From NCBI GenBank assembly GCA_963817525.1, contig CAWFOU010000001.1, forward strand, positions 896,001 to 960,000: a stretch of 64,000 bases of DNA. The letters are read 5' to 3'. This stretch comes from an uncultured archaeon. Lineage in GTDB: Archaea; Thermoproteota; Nitrososphaeria; Nitrososphaerales; Gagatemarchaeaceae. Below the pieces are notes generated by a model. The model was not told the origin of the DNA. It did not search any database and saw only the letters and a list, made by a program, of their open reading frames with translations. Made by a program: the position numbers and the translations under genes. Positions 1 through 11,141 of this stretch are shown here, piece by piece. How positions within the stretch are numbered: position 1 is the stretch's first letter; the number at the start of each line of letters is the position of its first letter.

Positions 1-450
1 CCAAGTTCACACTGCCTCCCAGAGGCCATTCGCACTGGCTTTTGGTAGCACGTTTGAACCTTGGTGGATTGCCTCGTATTCAAATGGAACAGTCCTCAAA
101 CATTTCCTTGTAAATGGATTTGCCAATGGCTGGGAGGTCTCCCCCGGGACAAATGTTATTCGAATCTCATATATTCCGGATTCGGTGGCGACATTTGGGA
201 TCGTCTTGAGCCTGGTCGGGTCAGTGTGCATTTTCCTCGGACTGGCAATGCGTCTCAGGCACGCCAGAACCAAGAAATTCGAATCCCCCTAGTCGACGAA
301 GGGCGCCAACGCGAAGAAGAAGAAATAGGCGTATATTTCGATGATTGTGGAGAGAGCACGTGCAACTCGAATCCGCGAACAAGACCGGTTCGCCTTCACC
401 AATCAACCCCATAGAGAAATCCAAAACATGCGCTTACAAGGCGCATTTTC

Positions 451-1143
451 TTGCGCTTCCTTCAAGTCTTTTCCGGCCATCGGGCTTGCGTATTCCGACG
501 TTCACTGTGCGAGAAATTGACTAGCCATTCAGTCGAGGAGTTACCAGCCAGAGTTCGGCTGGCCCTCAGCTTGGCGCCTGACGAGTTCGACTATTCGCTG
601 TCTGTTGGCTCGGCGAACACGGAAATCGGGAATGTGAACATAGACATACAGAGAGATGAAAAGCTAAGCATTATTGGCGACGCAAGGTTCCTCCCGATCC
701 GAGACGAAGTCTTTGACCTCGTGTTCTTCACGGATGTCATAGAACACGTTCCAGAGGGTTACGAGTTGCGATCCCTGCAAGAGATATGCAGAGTCCTAAA
801 GAAAGAAGGAAAGATCATTTTGAGCACGCCGAACGACACCGGGTTCTTCCGGTCGCTAGATCCAGGCGTCTATTTAGGACGTCACAGACACTATAGGTTT
901 GCAGATCTCCGAGACATGCTAGATAAAGCCAATTTCGCCGCAGAGCTGGCTTTCACTTCAGCGGGCTTCTCCGTTGCGTTCGGCGTTCTGATTCAGGATC
1001 TCATTCTGTTCCCGTTGAAGAAAATAACACGTTACAGGTTGCCCTTGCCGCGTGCGATTGAAAGGAGTCTTGCCAAGGACTACGCGCGGATTTACAGAGA
1101 CAACCGAGGGTACGAGATATTCGTCCGGGCCCAAAAGACGTGA
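451..1143 (+). CDS. Class I SAM-dependent methyltransferase (Methyltransf_11-like); start uncertain
   Basis: Motifs SVGSA..NVNIDI, GDARFLPIRDEVFDLVFFTDVIEH, RVLKKEGKIILSTPN. Confidence 0.85.
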   Translation: MRFLQVFSGHRACVFRRSLCEKLTSHSVEELPARVRLALSLAPDEFDYSLSVGSANTEIGNVNIDIQRDEKLSIIGDARFLPIRDEVFDLVFFTDVIEHVPEGYELRSLQEICRVLKKEGKIILSTPNDTGFFRSLDPGVYLGRHRHYRFADLRDMLDKANFAAELAFTSAGFSVAFGVLIQDLILFPLKKITRYRLPLPRAIERSLAKDYARIYRDNRGYEIFVRAQKT

Positions 1144-1156
1144 TTTGTGAAAGCCA

Positions 1157-2185
1157 ATGGTCCCTCCGAAGATAAGCCTCTTTTCGAGCAAGAATCTCGA
1201 TCGAGACTTGTGGAGACAGCTTCTCGAAGGAAGCGTGTATGCCAATCTCTATCAGGACGACGACTGGGCCACCTTTCGCGAGACTGAAAGGGAGTATAGC
1301 ACCTTCTGCGTTGCCGAGGACGAAGGACAGCCGGTTGGTATACGCGTATGGAAACGCAAAATTCGCGTAGGATTTGTACTGGAGAGTGCGGGCGGACCGC
1401 TCTATTTTCCGGAGTCGGAGCTGCTCGCAAAACGCTTGCTGGAACGTGTTCTTCCTCTCGTTCGAACCGGTTGCATGGCTGGCAGCTTTACCTTTTCGCC
1501 GCTTTTCAATTCTCGCGTGATAACTGGCTTCGACGGAATAAATCCCAACAGGGTCACCTTCGCGATTGACTTGACAAAGAGCGCGGACAAACTCTGGAAC
1601 GGCATATCGAAGTCAGCACGGTGGAGTGTTCGCACAGCCGAACGAAGAGGAATCATAATCAAGGAGAGTGACGATTTCGAACAGTGGATTGACTTTCACA
1701 AAATACACCTTGAGGAGTCGAGCAGGAAGGGTTACGAGCACATAGCTCTCTCGGCGAGCGGAATCAGGTGGATATATGACGTTCTTCGTCCCAAAAAGAA
1801 ATGCGCTTTGCTTGTGGCCTTGTTGGACAACACGGTGGTGGCAGGCTCGCTGCTGTATGTTTCCCGAAACACCCTACATTGGGTGCGCAATGCTTCAAAT
1901 CCCAGGTATTTGGCATTCCAGCCAAACGACTCGCTTGCATGGAGTGCAATCATGCTCGGCAAAAATAGAGGGGTTTCGCTACTTGACTTGTTCGGCGCGA
2001 CGAAGGGGAAAAACCTTCCCGGAGCCGGCATCTATCAATTCAAGAGCAAATGGGGAGGAATTGAAGTGTCTGATCCGGTTTACATGACAGGCAAGGCATA
2101 TTCCATTGCTTCTCGGCTTCAGCGGTCGTCTCCGTTGGCAAGAAGTGTCATTGACTTCTTCAACGCATCAATCGTTCGCGCCTAA
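1157..2185 (+). CDS. FemAB/FemX-like GNAT acyl/aminoacyl-transferase
   Basis: IDLTKSADKLWNGISKSARWSVRTAERRG, PNDSLAWSAI, DLFG..GIYQFKSKWGG are typical of FemAB/Acetyltransf_6 proteins. Confidence 0.85.
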   Translation: MVPPKISLFSSKNLDRDLWRQLLEGSVYANLYQDDDWATFRETEREYSTFCVAEDEGQPVGIRVWKRKIRVGFVLESAGGPLYFPESELLAKRLLERVLPLVRTGCMAGSFTFSPLFNSRVITGFDGINPNRVTFAIDLTKSADKLWNGISKSARWSVRTAERRGIIIKESDDFEQWIDFHKIHLEESSRKGYEHIALSASGIRWIYDVLRPKKKCALLVALLDNTVVAGSLLYVSRNTLHWVRNASNPRYLAFQPNDSLAWSAIMLGKNRGVSLLDLFGATKGKNLPGAGIYQFKSKWGGIEVSDPVYMTGKAYSIASRLQRSSPLARSVIDFFNASIVRA

Positions 2186-2287
2186 GAGAGGCTTGCCGAC
2201 CTATCAGCGTCCTCCTCCACTAGACGCAGGACAAAGGCTGCCAATCCAAGTTGTTCGCGGAAGCAGATTAAATGAAAGCAGGGATTT

Positions 2288-3084
2288 TCAAGTTCGCCGC
2301 GCCTCAATGATTTCGCCTTTGGTCTCTGCACTAAACCCCAAAGTCCTCAATCGAGTCACAATGGGTCGTGGGTTCCTGTGGTATTCCACGGCTATGTCAG
2401 AAATTCGTTCAAAAGAAGTGTCAGGGGTATTGCCAATCAAATCGTACTCGCAGCCCTCGCAGTCAATTTTGAGGAAGACGTCTCGTAGATCATTGCTGTC
2501 CAGAAAAAAGCTCAACGATGAAGGTCCCAACCCTCCAGTCATACGTCTGTTGAACATCCGAATCTTCTCGCCTTGCTGGTTAAGTCTGACGTTTTCTAGC
2601 GCTATCCTAAATCGCTCAGGGTCAGGTTCGAATCCAAAAACAACGCTCGCCCCGGATAAGGCGAAGTCCAGAGAGCAATCGGCTATCGATGCCCCAACGT
2701 CAACGACCTCTCTCCCACTCAGGTCGCGTTTGCCATAGACCCTCATCGCGAATACTTCGTCCAATACGTGTGAATAAGCTCATCGATCAGCCTTAGCTTG
2801 AGGCCGTTCGGCGTTTCGACAACACATTCTCCATCCCGCAAAGTGTAGATGAAACCGTTCGCCGAGTTATACCGCCGATACAAACCTTCGTAGAATTTCT
2901 CGTGTTTAGTTTTCGAGAGCGGCAATTTTTCGCCGTCCCTGAATTTCGCTTCGCCAGTTGATAGCAAGCCGAAATAGATTCCTAAGACCTCTGGCCAATT
3001 TGTCACGTATCTATGGAGCATCATGAAACCCTGGAGACTTCTTAGGTGAGGCAACCCAAATTCCATCCATTCGTTTCGCAGCAC
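2288..3084 (-). CDS. FkbM-family methyltransferase, split by a frameshift near 2765
   Basis: VVDVGASIAD, GFEP, FLKIDCEGCEY; ORF 2743..3084 joins in another frame at a CA repeat. Confidence 0.8.
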
Positions 3085-3255
3085 ACATAAGCTTCACTGC
3101 ACTCGGGGCGGCTCTTGCCGATAATGTCAGCATCTTGAACGATACAGGACAGATTCCAATCAACATTCTCCCAATATCACATATTAAGGTTGAGCGCCAG
3201 CCGTTGCATTGTATCCTCATGCAAATCCGACGTTCTTCAGAATTCATGAACGCGG

Positions 3256-4515
3256 ATGTCCGAAAAAAAGCTCCAATCGGTACGAGTCCGATTGATTAGC
3301 CCTCTTTCCTTACCCAATCCATATTTTCGTACGAAATTCACGCCAAACATGGCGAATTCAACCCCAACCGGACAACAACTCGGTCAGAACAGAAAATCCA
3401 CGCCAAGGGAGTTTGAGAGATTGTTCTCAGAGTTTGTTGGATCACGAGAAGGTGTAGCCACTCGTTCCGGAAGGGCAGCACTGGCGCTAGCGCTTCAATG
3501 CTCAGGAATCCGGAAGGGTGACGAGGTAATCATCCCTTCAGTCGCGTGCGGCGCAGTGGCGGACGCGGTGTTCAGTCTCGGAGCCGTTCCAGCGCTCGCC
3601 GACTGCAACATGGTCGACGGAAATATCGATGCGAGCAAACTGGAAGGAACCTTGTCGAAGAAGACCCGCGCGCTAATCGCCGTACATTACCAGGGCCTGC
3701 CATGCGACGTAGACCAGATTGCCGAATTTGCTCGGAAAAATGAGATAACGTTAATAGAAGACTGTGCTCATTCGATCGGTTCACGATTCGCATCAAAGAA
3801 TCTGGGGCTTTTCGGGGATTACGCCGTATACAGCTTTGGTCCAGATAAGGCGATGACGACGGGGAGTGGCGGAATGCTCGTATCGAGTGCGGAGGCACAC
3901 GGCGACTCAATCAGGAAGCTTCACACGACTCTTGGTAATATGAAAGATGATGGCGGATTAGGCTTGGTCAAGAATCTTGCTGAAACTCAATTGACGCGCA
4001 ACAAACGTGCATACGGAGTAGCATGTATGTCGTATTTCCCGATTCAGAGGATGGTATCATCGATGATCCATCGCGGCTACGAGGTCAATCAAGGACCTAT
4101 TTCGAAGTTGGCCGCCGGAATCGGTATTGCGCAACTCCAATCAATCTCTCAGGTGTTGATAGCGAGAGAGAGGAATGCCGGGCGCATGCAAGACATGCTC
4201 GAAAGGAGTGAGAGTTTTCAGGCGCCTGAATTTTCCAAGACCAAAGAACCGGTCTTCCTGAGATTCACAATCTTAAGCAAATCTCGCGCTCACAGAGACG
4301 CCGTAGTGCTCAGATTAAAACGAAGTGGAATCGAGGCGGGCCCGGTTAACTGGAGAGTTCCGCTTCATCAGTCTTCCAAGTACTCACCGTTTTGCGAACG
4401 CCGCGTCTCTTATGAGGGCGCAACCGCGTTTTGTCAGAGGTTTGTCAATTTGCCCTGCCACCAACTACTCGAAGAAGACGACTTTGAAACTATGAATCGC
4501 TGTCTGACCTTATGA
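3256..4515 (+). CDS. DegT/DnrJ/EryC1/StrS PLP-dependent sugar aminotransferase
   Basis: SGRAALALAL, GDEVIIP, AVHYQG, IEDCAHS, YSFGPDK (PLP lysine), NLPCH. Confidence 0.92.
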   Translation: MSEKKLQSVRVRLISPLSLPNPYFRTKFTPNMANSTPTGQQLGQNRKSTPREFERLFSEFVGSREGVATRSGRAALALALQCSGIRKGDEVIIPSVACGAVADAVFSLGAVPALADCNMVDGNIDASKLEGTLSKKTRALIAVHYQGLPCDVDQIAEFARKNEITLIEDCAHSIGSRFASKNLGLFGDYAVYSFGPDKAMTTGSGGMLVSSAEAHGDSIRKLHTTLGNMKDDGGLGLVKNLAETQLTRNKRAYGVACMSYFPIQRMVSSMIHRGYEVNQGPISKLAAGIGIAQLQSISQVLIARERNAGRMQDMLERSESFQAPEFSKTKEPVFLRFTILSKSRAHRDAVVLRLKRSGIEAGPVNWRVPLHQSSKYSPFCERRVSYEGATAFCQRFVNLPCHQLLEEDDFETMNRCLTL

Positions 4516-4659
4516 GTTCCACCGGGAATGCAATTGACTCGGTCACTCTACGCATTATCGAATCGATCTTTGCTTCTTGCCTCCGTGATAGAGGCGGCAG
4601 CGAGTCCCATCACTACAAAAATCATCTGAGTAACCTTCAAGAAGGGAACCAGAAGTACA

Positions 4660-5616
4660 TCAGGACCCTCCAGCCCCTTCTGCGCGAATACTTGCCTTCC
4701 TCACCCTAACGCTGGAAGAAATTGCTCCCGGTCTAATGGGGACGAAGCGGGAGAACATGGCTCTTGGTTGTTTCCTTGCAAACGCCTTCATGAACCTCCC
4801 GTACTTGAAACTCTTCATCATGTATTTCGGGAAACTCAGGTTAGCTTCGTCATGCAATATGCTTTGCTCAACGCCTATGATCTTCACGTTTGCTGCGCGC
4901 AGCCTCAAATCGAAATCGTAATCTTCCCCCGATACAAGCAGCGAATCGAATCCTCCAATCGTTAGAAAGGTGCCCCGTGTTATGAAAGCAGGACTGGTGT
5001 AGGAAGAATCTCCCCGATATCCGAGCCTTTCCGCCTGCCTCACCCTCGCCCAAAATCGCTCTCCCACCGATACCTCTGGAATACTAACTGCTTCGGCATG
5101 TTCTGACCTTACCCGGCGGACGCATTCGGCAACAACGTCAGATTTGACGCTCATGTCCGAGTCCAAGAATAACAGGAACTCCCCTAGAGCGGCGGCGGCC
5201 CCGAGGTTGCGTTGTGCGGACCTGGCGTCTTCGTAGCCTTGTGTCGCGAGCTCTATCAATCGCCCCCCAGAGCTCTTCGCGACTTGTTGTGTTCCGTCGG
5301 TACTCATGTAATCGACAACGATGACCTCATGTGGCCATCTGATGAACTGGGCAATCGAATCCAAGCAGCGCGCCAGGAGTCCAGAGCAATTCCTCGTTGG
5401 GACGATGATGGAAACGAGGCTTTCGATTGTCTCCGACATTCGTTTCCGGTGCATGAGAAGTCGACCTACTCCATTAAGCATTGCTGTGGCCGATCCTCGT
5501 GACGCAGCTCTTGGACTCAGGTCGATGGAAAGTCTGAGGCTCGCGTTCGACCCGAGGAATTGATTCACCGATTCCACTTCCCGAGCCATCCGACTCGTCG
5601 TTGGCACATCGTGCAA
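4660..5616 (-). CDS. GT2 glycosyltransferase (true start probably near 5440; C-terminus possibly frameshifted)
   Basis: VSIIVPTRN, EVIVVD..STDGT, RNLGA, FLDSD, GEDYDF. Confidence 0.9.
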   Translation of the reverse strand: MHDVPTTSRMAREVESVNQFLGSNASLRLSIDLSPRAASRGSATAMLNGVGRLLMHRKRMSETIESLVSIIVPTRNCSGLLARCLDSIAQFIRWPHEVIVVDYMSTDGTQQVAKSSGGRLIELATQGYEDARSAQRNLGAAAALGEFLLFLDSDMSVKSDVVAECVRRVRSEHAEAVSIPEVSVGERFWARVRQAERLGYRGDSSYTSPAFITRGTFLTIGGFDSLLVSGEDYDFDLRLRAANVKIIGVEQSILHDEANLSFPKYMMKSFKYGRFMKAFARKQPRAMFSRFVPIRPGAISSSVRVRKASIRAEGAGGS

Positions 5617-5649
5617 TCCTTTTAAGCGTCAAACCCCCAAACGGCAGCA

Positions 5650-5859
5650 ATGAGCGAATCAGGCGGAAAAATCGCTGTTCTGATTCCAGAAAATCTCTAT
5701 CGAAGCATAAGCGCCGAAATCAGCGATACAGGCTTCGCGTCGGTTGACGATTATGTCGTATATGTGCTGAACGTCGTAAGCCAAAAAAAATCAAGCGATT
5801 CACCCCCATCAGACGCCGAACGAGTAACTGCGCGTCTAAAGGCGCTCGGGTACATCTAG
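5650..5859 (+). CDS. Small CopG/RHH-like protein with C-terminal RLKALGY motif
   Basis: AVLIPENLYRSI..GFASVDDYVVYVL RHH-like pattern; ends ERVTARLKALGYI; TATA-like tttaag about 25 nt upstream. Confidence 0.8.
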   Translation: MSESGGKIAVLIPENLYRSISAEISDTGFASVDDYVVYVLNVVSQKKSSDSPPSDAERVTARLKALGYI

Positions 5860-7326
5860 CGTCCAATCGCCCTTCAAATGACCACGCACCGACCACAGAG
5901 CAACTCCGTCGATATAGCTTGGTATGGGAAGTTTGAGCAAGTTTAGCACCGTAGGCACAATGTCGTACACAGATAAAGTCCGGTTTGCCAGGTTCGTGCC
6001 GCGCAGTCCCTCTTCCCCATAACAAATCAGAATCCCGTCCAAGGCATGAATCCCTTTCTTAGTGAGTAACGGATTTCCAACATATTTGCCGTTGTTCAAC
6101 CGAGTGGTGTCGATAGCCCAACCGTCAGGAGCTTCAACAATCAGTTGACCTGGAGCTTGATCCACGCGTTTACCGTTATAGAGGTCCTTCGTAAGTAGGT
6201 AGCTTTTCAGCAATCCCGATTTCTTAAGTTCAGCCAAGTCCGCCATTAGGCGAGTGTGCGTCGAAGTGAATTCTCCGGCGTCTTTGCCGGAAATCCTGAG
6301 CCATGCTACAGGTTCGTTGATATTGAATGCAGAAACCCGACGGTTGGCTTGGTTGGCACCTTGGTCTAGGACCAATCCAGGACCCAGCACTCTCTTCATT
6401 AGCGCCAGCGTTTGAGGTGCGTGATTAAGCAAGAAGACGTACAACGAAGATGCCATTCCTGATTTTGCTAGCATATCCCAGTTGATGCCAGCACGCCCGG
6501 TGACTCTCGAAAGTCCAGACCTCTGAATATCGAGATATTGGTTAGCGGCGAGCCATTCATTGATGAATAGGATTTTGTCGACTCTTCTGAACCCATGATC
6601 GGACACAATCAATAACGTGTCTTCCTTCTTCATTCTCCTAAGCAATTCCCCAAGCCAATTGTCCAGAAGAATGAACATCTTGTCGATTACAACCTTGTCA
6701 TCGTAGCTAAAGTGAAACACCTCGTCGGGTAAGTTGTCAACAAGAACCACAAGATCCCAACGTTCTGAATCCACCATCTTCAGAGAGGCCTCGATTCTTT
6801 TGGAAAGCTCCTTTAGCTGCGTCGCTGAGTGAACATTGGCCCCCTCCGTCATTATTGCCTCGATCTTCTGCTCTGTATCTAGGTCATCATAGCCGTAACC
6901 ACTGAAATCCACGCCGTCGGGTAATTTTGGCGGGTAGTAGGAAAAATCTCGCACGAATCTCCCGGTTATGAATACGCCACTTACTTCTGGCGCGGGATGC
7001 ACAAATGGCACGCCCATCACTAAAACTCTTCTTCCCGCCCACGATACGTAGTCCCAAAGAAAGGGAATGTCCGAGTTGCGCATATTAGATGGAGGACGTT
7101 CATTCCCTCTCATCTCGAACATCTCGAAAATACCATGCTTCCCTGGATTCACTCCAGAGAAGATGCTCGTCCACGCTGGAGCAGTCACGTAGGGATAAAC
7201 AGACCGAAGACATGCTAAATTTCCGGGTTCGATGACTCTCTCGAAATTCGAAAGTTTGGCTCTCGTCATGGCTGACTTCAGGTCGTTAACTGAAAGCCCG
7301 TCGAGGCCCCACAAAATTACGGTCAA
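5836..7326 (-). CDS. Alkaline phosphatase superfamily (type I phosphodiesterase/nucleotide pyrophosphatase) protein
   Basis: GLDG, TAPAWTSIFSGVNPGKHGIF, IVSDHGF, GIH..DGI, DIVPTVL. Confidence 0.9.
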   Translation of the reverse strand: MTVILWGLDGLSVNDLKSAMTRAKLSNFERVIEPGNLACLRSVYPYVTAPAWTSIFSGVNPGKHGIFEMFEMRGNERPPSNMRNSDIPFLWDYVSWAGRRVLVMGVPFVHPAPEVSGVFITGRFVRDFSYYPPKLPDGVDFSGYGYDDLDTEQKIEAIMTEGANVHSATQLKELSKRIEASLKMVDSERWDLVVLVDNLPDEVFHFSYDDKVVIDKMFILLDNWLGELLRRMKKEDTLLIVSDHGFRRVDKILFINEWLAANQYLDIQRSGLSRVTGRAGINWDMLAKSGMASSLYVFLLNHAPQTLALMKRVLGPGLVLDQGANQANRRVSAFNINEPVAWLRISGKDAGEFTSTHTRLMADLAELKKSGLLKSYLLTKDLYNGKRVDQAPGQLIVEAPDGWAIDTTRLNNGKYVGNPLLTKKGIHALDGILICYGEEGLRGTNLANRTLSVYDIVPTVLNLLKLPIPSYIDGVALWSVRGHLKGDWTLDVPERL

Positions 7327-7450
7327 GACGCGAACGGCTCTCCGCTATCTTCCAGATCCTTCGAAAGACGTCCGCCTGACTTTCGAAAGAAGTGGAATCC
7401 GGATGATTCTCGACGGGCGCTTCCAAGAAGAATGTCTTCGATCCTCATAG

Positions 7451-8593
7451 TCAAATCGCCGGGTCTTTCTTTCGTCCGATTGCGGCGTCAAGTGATTTCG
7501 CAGATACTTCTGCCGCAGTGTCCCAATCAAACCTCTTGCTGAAGTCGGCGGCCGCGCGTGAAATCGCGTTCCATCTGACAGTGTCTCTTAGTATTGATGA
7601 GACCTTATCTGCTATCACGGAAGCATTAACCGACTCCAACAATAAGCCGTTGGTTCCTCCGGCAAGCAAGTCAATCTGAGATTTGGTCACGAGAATGGGA
7701 ACGCCAGCAGACATCGCCTCGACCGCTGAAATTGTCCAACCTCCCTCGTCTATGGAGGTACAAACATATGCAGAAGCCGACTTAAGCAGAGCTGCCTTCT
7801 CTTCTTCGGAAACAAAGCCGCAAAACGTCACGAGGCGGTCTAACCCCAAAGAGCGGGTCAAAGACCGTAAATGACTTTCGTAGTCACCTTTGCCAATCAC
7901 GAGAAGATGAACTCCAGGGGCAGTCTTTTCGAGTATGCTAAGGGATCTTATCAGATCCTGCACTCCTTTGTACTTCTTAAGTCTGCCCAGGTATACGACT
8001 GATAAGTTGGGGCGTCGCGGACTTGGGGCTAGATTCACAAGAACTCGAAATTCAGGAGAAACCCCTGGGAACGCAACCTCAATTTTCTCTTTCTTGAAGC
8101 CTTCTTCGATCAAGCGTCGTCTTGAGTATTCGGAGATTGTCGTTACTTCGCAATTGCGATAGACCCAAGGGATGAGAGAGGAAAGTCCGTAAAGACAGAG
8201 CGTGGGGAGCAAATTCTTCAGTTCGGCTTCTTTCAAGAGAACGCCCTTGTTATCAATCGAATAGATTTGGGCCACTACGGGGATTCTTGATACAACCGGT
8301 CCGAAGAATGGAATCGTGTTTATGCTCTCAAATACGACGTCATAATTAGCAATCTCATTTCTGCGACTCATAAACTTGAAAACATGAAAGTACACTGTGT
8401 ACTTATTTCCGAATCGCCTAATTCTGACACCGTCCAGAACCTCGTCCCTTCGTGCGCCCTTGAAGCTCGAGCAGATCAGGGTTACACTATGTCCCGTTTT
8501 CGCCCATCGAGTTGTAATCTCATGCATATGCACTTCGGCACCCCCGGCATCTGGATTTAGCACGTCGCGCCAGTTTACTGCGAGGATCCTCAA
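7451..8593 (-). CDS. GT4 glycosyltransferase
   Basis: NWRD..NPDAGGAE, YLGRLKKYKG, EGGWTISAVEAMSAG. Confidence 0.93.
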   Translation of the reverse strand: MRILAVNWRDVLNPDAGGAEVHMHEITTRWAKTGHSVTLICSSFKGARRDEVLDGVRIRRFGNKYTVYFHVFKFMSRRNEIANYDVVFESINTIPFFGPVVSRIPVVAQIYSIDNKGVLLKEAELKNLLPTLCLYGLSSLIPWVYRNCEVTTISEYSRRRLIEEGFKKEKIEVAFPGVSPEFRVLVNLAPSPRRPNLSVVYLGRLKKYKGVQDLIRSLSILEKTAPGVHLLVIGKGDYESHLRSLTRSLGLDRLVTFCGFVSEEEKAALLKSASAYVCTSIDEGGWTISAVEAMSAGVPILVTKSQIDLLAGGTNGLLLESVNASVIADKVSSILRDTVRWNAISRAAADFSKRFDWDTAAEVSAKSLDAAIGRKKDPAI

Positions 8594-8664
8594 AATATCA
8601 CGGTCAATTGTCCTATTCCAGCGCCCGTTGCACTCCTCGAAACCAAGCTAGGAATTGAAAACCA

Positions 8665-9474
8665 TTACCACTTCAAAATTGGATCGTATTTCGGCGCATC
8701 GGCCGTCAAATTTTTCTGATACCACTTCAGAATGTTCAAGCGGTAAGCTATTCCAAGCACGTCGACTCCCATCCGTATCATGGATCTGAGTGGGAAACTT
8801 GCCTTTAGGTCAACATTGACAGGCAGCTCCTTTATTCGCATCCCTAGTAGGGTGGCGACTGTGAGAATTTCTACATCAAAGGCGTACTTCTTCACTGAAA
8901 TCAGCGGCATTATCTGCTCTAGCGCGCTAGTTCGAAAAGCTTTGAAGCCGCATTGAGTGTCCGTAATCCTAGTCCTTGTCAATAGCTGAACCACGGCGTT
9001 GAATCCCAAGCTCAAGACGCGTCTGACGAAAGGCTGCGAAACTTTGGAATTGACGTTTCTCTTCGAGCCAATTGCAATATCGCAACCAGAAAGCGCCTTG
9101 ATGTAGAGGTTGACATTCCAAGGATCTATCTCACAATCACTGTCGAGAAAAATGGAGAACTCCCCCGAGGCAAAGGTAGACCCGAATCGCAAGGCCTCGC
9201 CCTTACCCCTGTTCGAAGGATATCCGACTAGCTTCAAATGTTCGCCGAGTATCTCGTTGGCGAATTCACGAGTGCGGTCGGTCGAGCCATCATCTATTAC
9301 AATTATTTCAAATTTATAGGGGGTTTTGCTAAGTACACTCGAGATATTCTGGTATGCCAGCTTTATACTGCCCTCCTCGTTGTAGGCGGGCAACAGGACA
9401 GAGATTTTTCCCAGAGCCACCGGTGCGGCAAGTTCAACTCTCGAACCAAGAGTTGACCTTCCGTCTCTCTGCAT
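8665..9474 (-). CDS. GT2 polyprenyl/dolichyl-phosphate glycosyltransferase
   Basis: LPAYNEE, DDGSTD, NRGKG, FLDSD, DTQCGFKAF, AFDVE. Confidence 0.92.
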   Translation of the reverse strand: MQRDGRSTLGSRVELAAPVALGKISVLLPAYNEEGSIKLAYQNISSVLSKTPYKFEIIVIDDGSTDRTREFANEILGEHLKLVGYPSNRGKGEALRFGSTFASGEFSIFLDSDCEIDPWNVNLYIKALSGCDIAIGSKRNVNSKVSQPFVRRVLSLGFNAVVQLLTRTRITDTQCGFKAFRTSALEQIMPLISVKKYAFDVEILTVATLLGMRIKELPVNVDLKASFPLRSMIRMGVDVLGIAYRLNILKWYQKNLTADAPKYDPILKW

Positions 9475-9579
9475 CGCCGATTGTGGGACAAAGTTTGCTT
9501 ATAGTCCTTTTCCCAAGGTTCTACGAGAAAGCTGGCCAGTTCGAGGTTTGGCGTGAATTCTCGGCAATCCTCTTTTCGA

Positions 9580-10906
9580 TCAAGGGAGGGTCAGAGAAAA
9601 TCTTCCAGTCACGCTCACGGGAACAAGAAAACTCGACAGCGGAGCTACGGGACTATGGACGACGAGATAGGGCCCTATCACCACGACCGTTGAGCCTGGT
9701 GGGACAGATTCTACATTCAAGTAGGATACATACGTTACCAGCCAAGGCGGATTGTCACGCAAGGCCAGAGTAATATTTTGTGGAATCCAAACCCAGTTAG
9801 GTTCGATGTTCGGCAATAGCATGCCGTCACGGTTAGAGCCATAAATTGCACCGCCCGTGTAGTGCGCGTTGAGGTATGCCAACAATTCCTGATCATAATT
9901 GTATCCGAAATCCTCGACCCCGATTGTGTGGTTAGGACTCAAGTCAGTCGCCAGATACGATTGTGCGGCGAATTGCATCACAACCAAGAGAGCGACAAGG
10001 ACAAGAAAGCCCTTCCTTTTCCCTAGAATCTTGAGATAAAGACTATGGAGGCCGACCCCCGCGGGAATGCACATCAAGACGTTCAGGATATACGGGTACT
10101 CCGTTGCGGCCCCATTTTCAATGAACCCGATGGTGAGAAACAGTGTGAGAACCGAAAACGCTATCGGCAGACATTCCACTGCCGACCTTTTCCCTGTGCT
10201 GAACGCATAGCCGGTCACAATCAGGGGGGATATGGCAAGAAATTCAATCCACGCAATCGCGGCGTCCGATAAAGAAGTAGGAATTGCCAGCAAGGTCGCT
10301 CCCTCTCGACCAGCGGCGAGCGCTAGTGACGAGGAATTTCTTGCTAAGAGAATCCACACTGCGGCTGACACTCCGACCAGCAACGAATCAAGAACAAATG
10401 GTTTCATCAGTCTCCTTCGGTAGGCAACATACGCGAACGCTGGAATTAGCGGAACTGCCAATTGCCTGCTCAAGGCGGCTACAAGGGCAAATGCCCCACT
10501 CGATCTACCAAGATTTCTGTATAGACTATAGACTGTGACGACTACGAACAGACCTCCAAAGGGGTCGAGATAAAATCGCATTCCGAAGCGAATCGTATAG
10601 AACGATGTGAGAAATAGTAGCGAACCGACTAGGCTCGAATCATTAGATTCCAATTTGTAAATTACAATCGCGGTTGCGAGCACCGCGAACGCAGAAAGGA
10701 TTCTCGCCGAGATCATGCTGTTAGAGAGAAAGGCGAACGTAGAAGCCAGCAGCTGCGGTACAAAGACAAAATCCTCCGTGAACGATTGGACCTGAGCTGA
10801 GGATTTGTCTTGATTCCAAGAAATATTGAACCTCATCATCGTTCAGCCGTTCGAAGGGAACGCTAGTTGCTGCAATAACTGCCCAAAGTAGCAAAATTGA
10901 AAGCAA
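9580..10906 (-). CDS. Multi-pass GT-C (ArnT/PMT-like) membrane glycosyltransferase, frameshift near 10770
   Basis: N-terminal TM followed by LNDDEVQY acidic motif (ORF 10721..10906), continuing into multi-TM ORF 9580..10839. Confidence 0.65.
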
Positions 10907-11141
10907 ACGCCTGTCTGCGTGACGGAATTGTTTGGAGGCTCCACCCCACGCGAGAAAGGAAGGAATCAGCTCTAAGCACCCTGATTGCCTGAAAGGCAGG
11001 TTGCACCTAGGTGAATGAAAGCAGCGTGGGCGGAATGTCGCGACTGGTTCGTGCTGATGGTCATCACCCTAGACTTGCTCAAGTGGGACTGAGTTACAGG
11101 AAAGGCGCGCAGGTCTCCATTGATGAGCGGGAGGTCGCTAA

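Noticed and set aside
1-450. Short ORFs at the window start
   Set aside because: No recognisable motifs in any listed frame; cannot be assigned.
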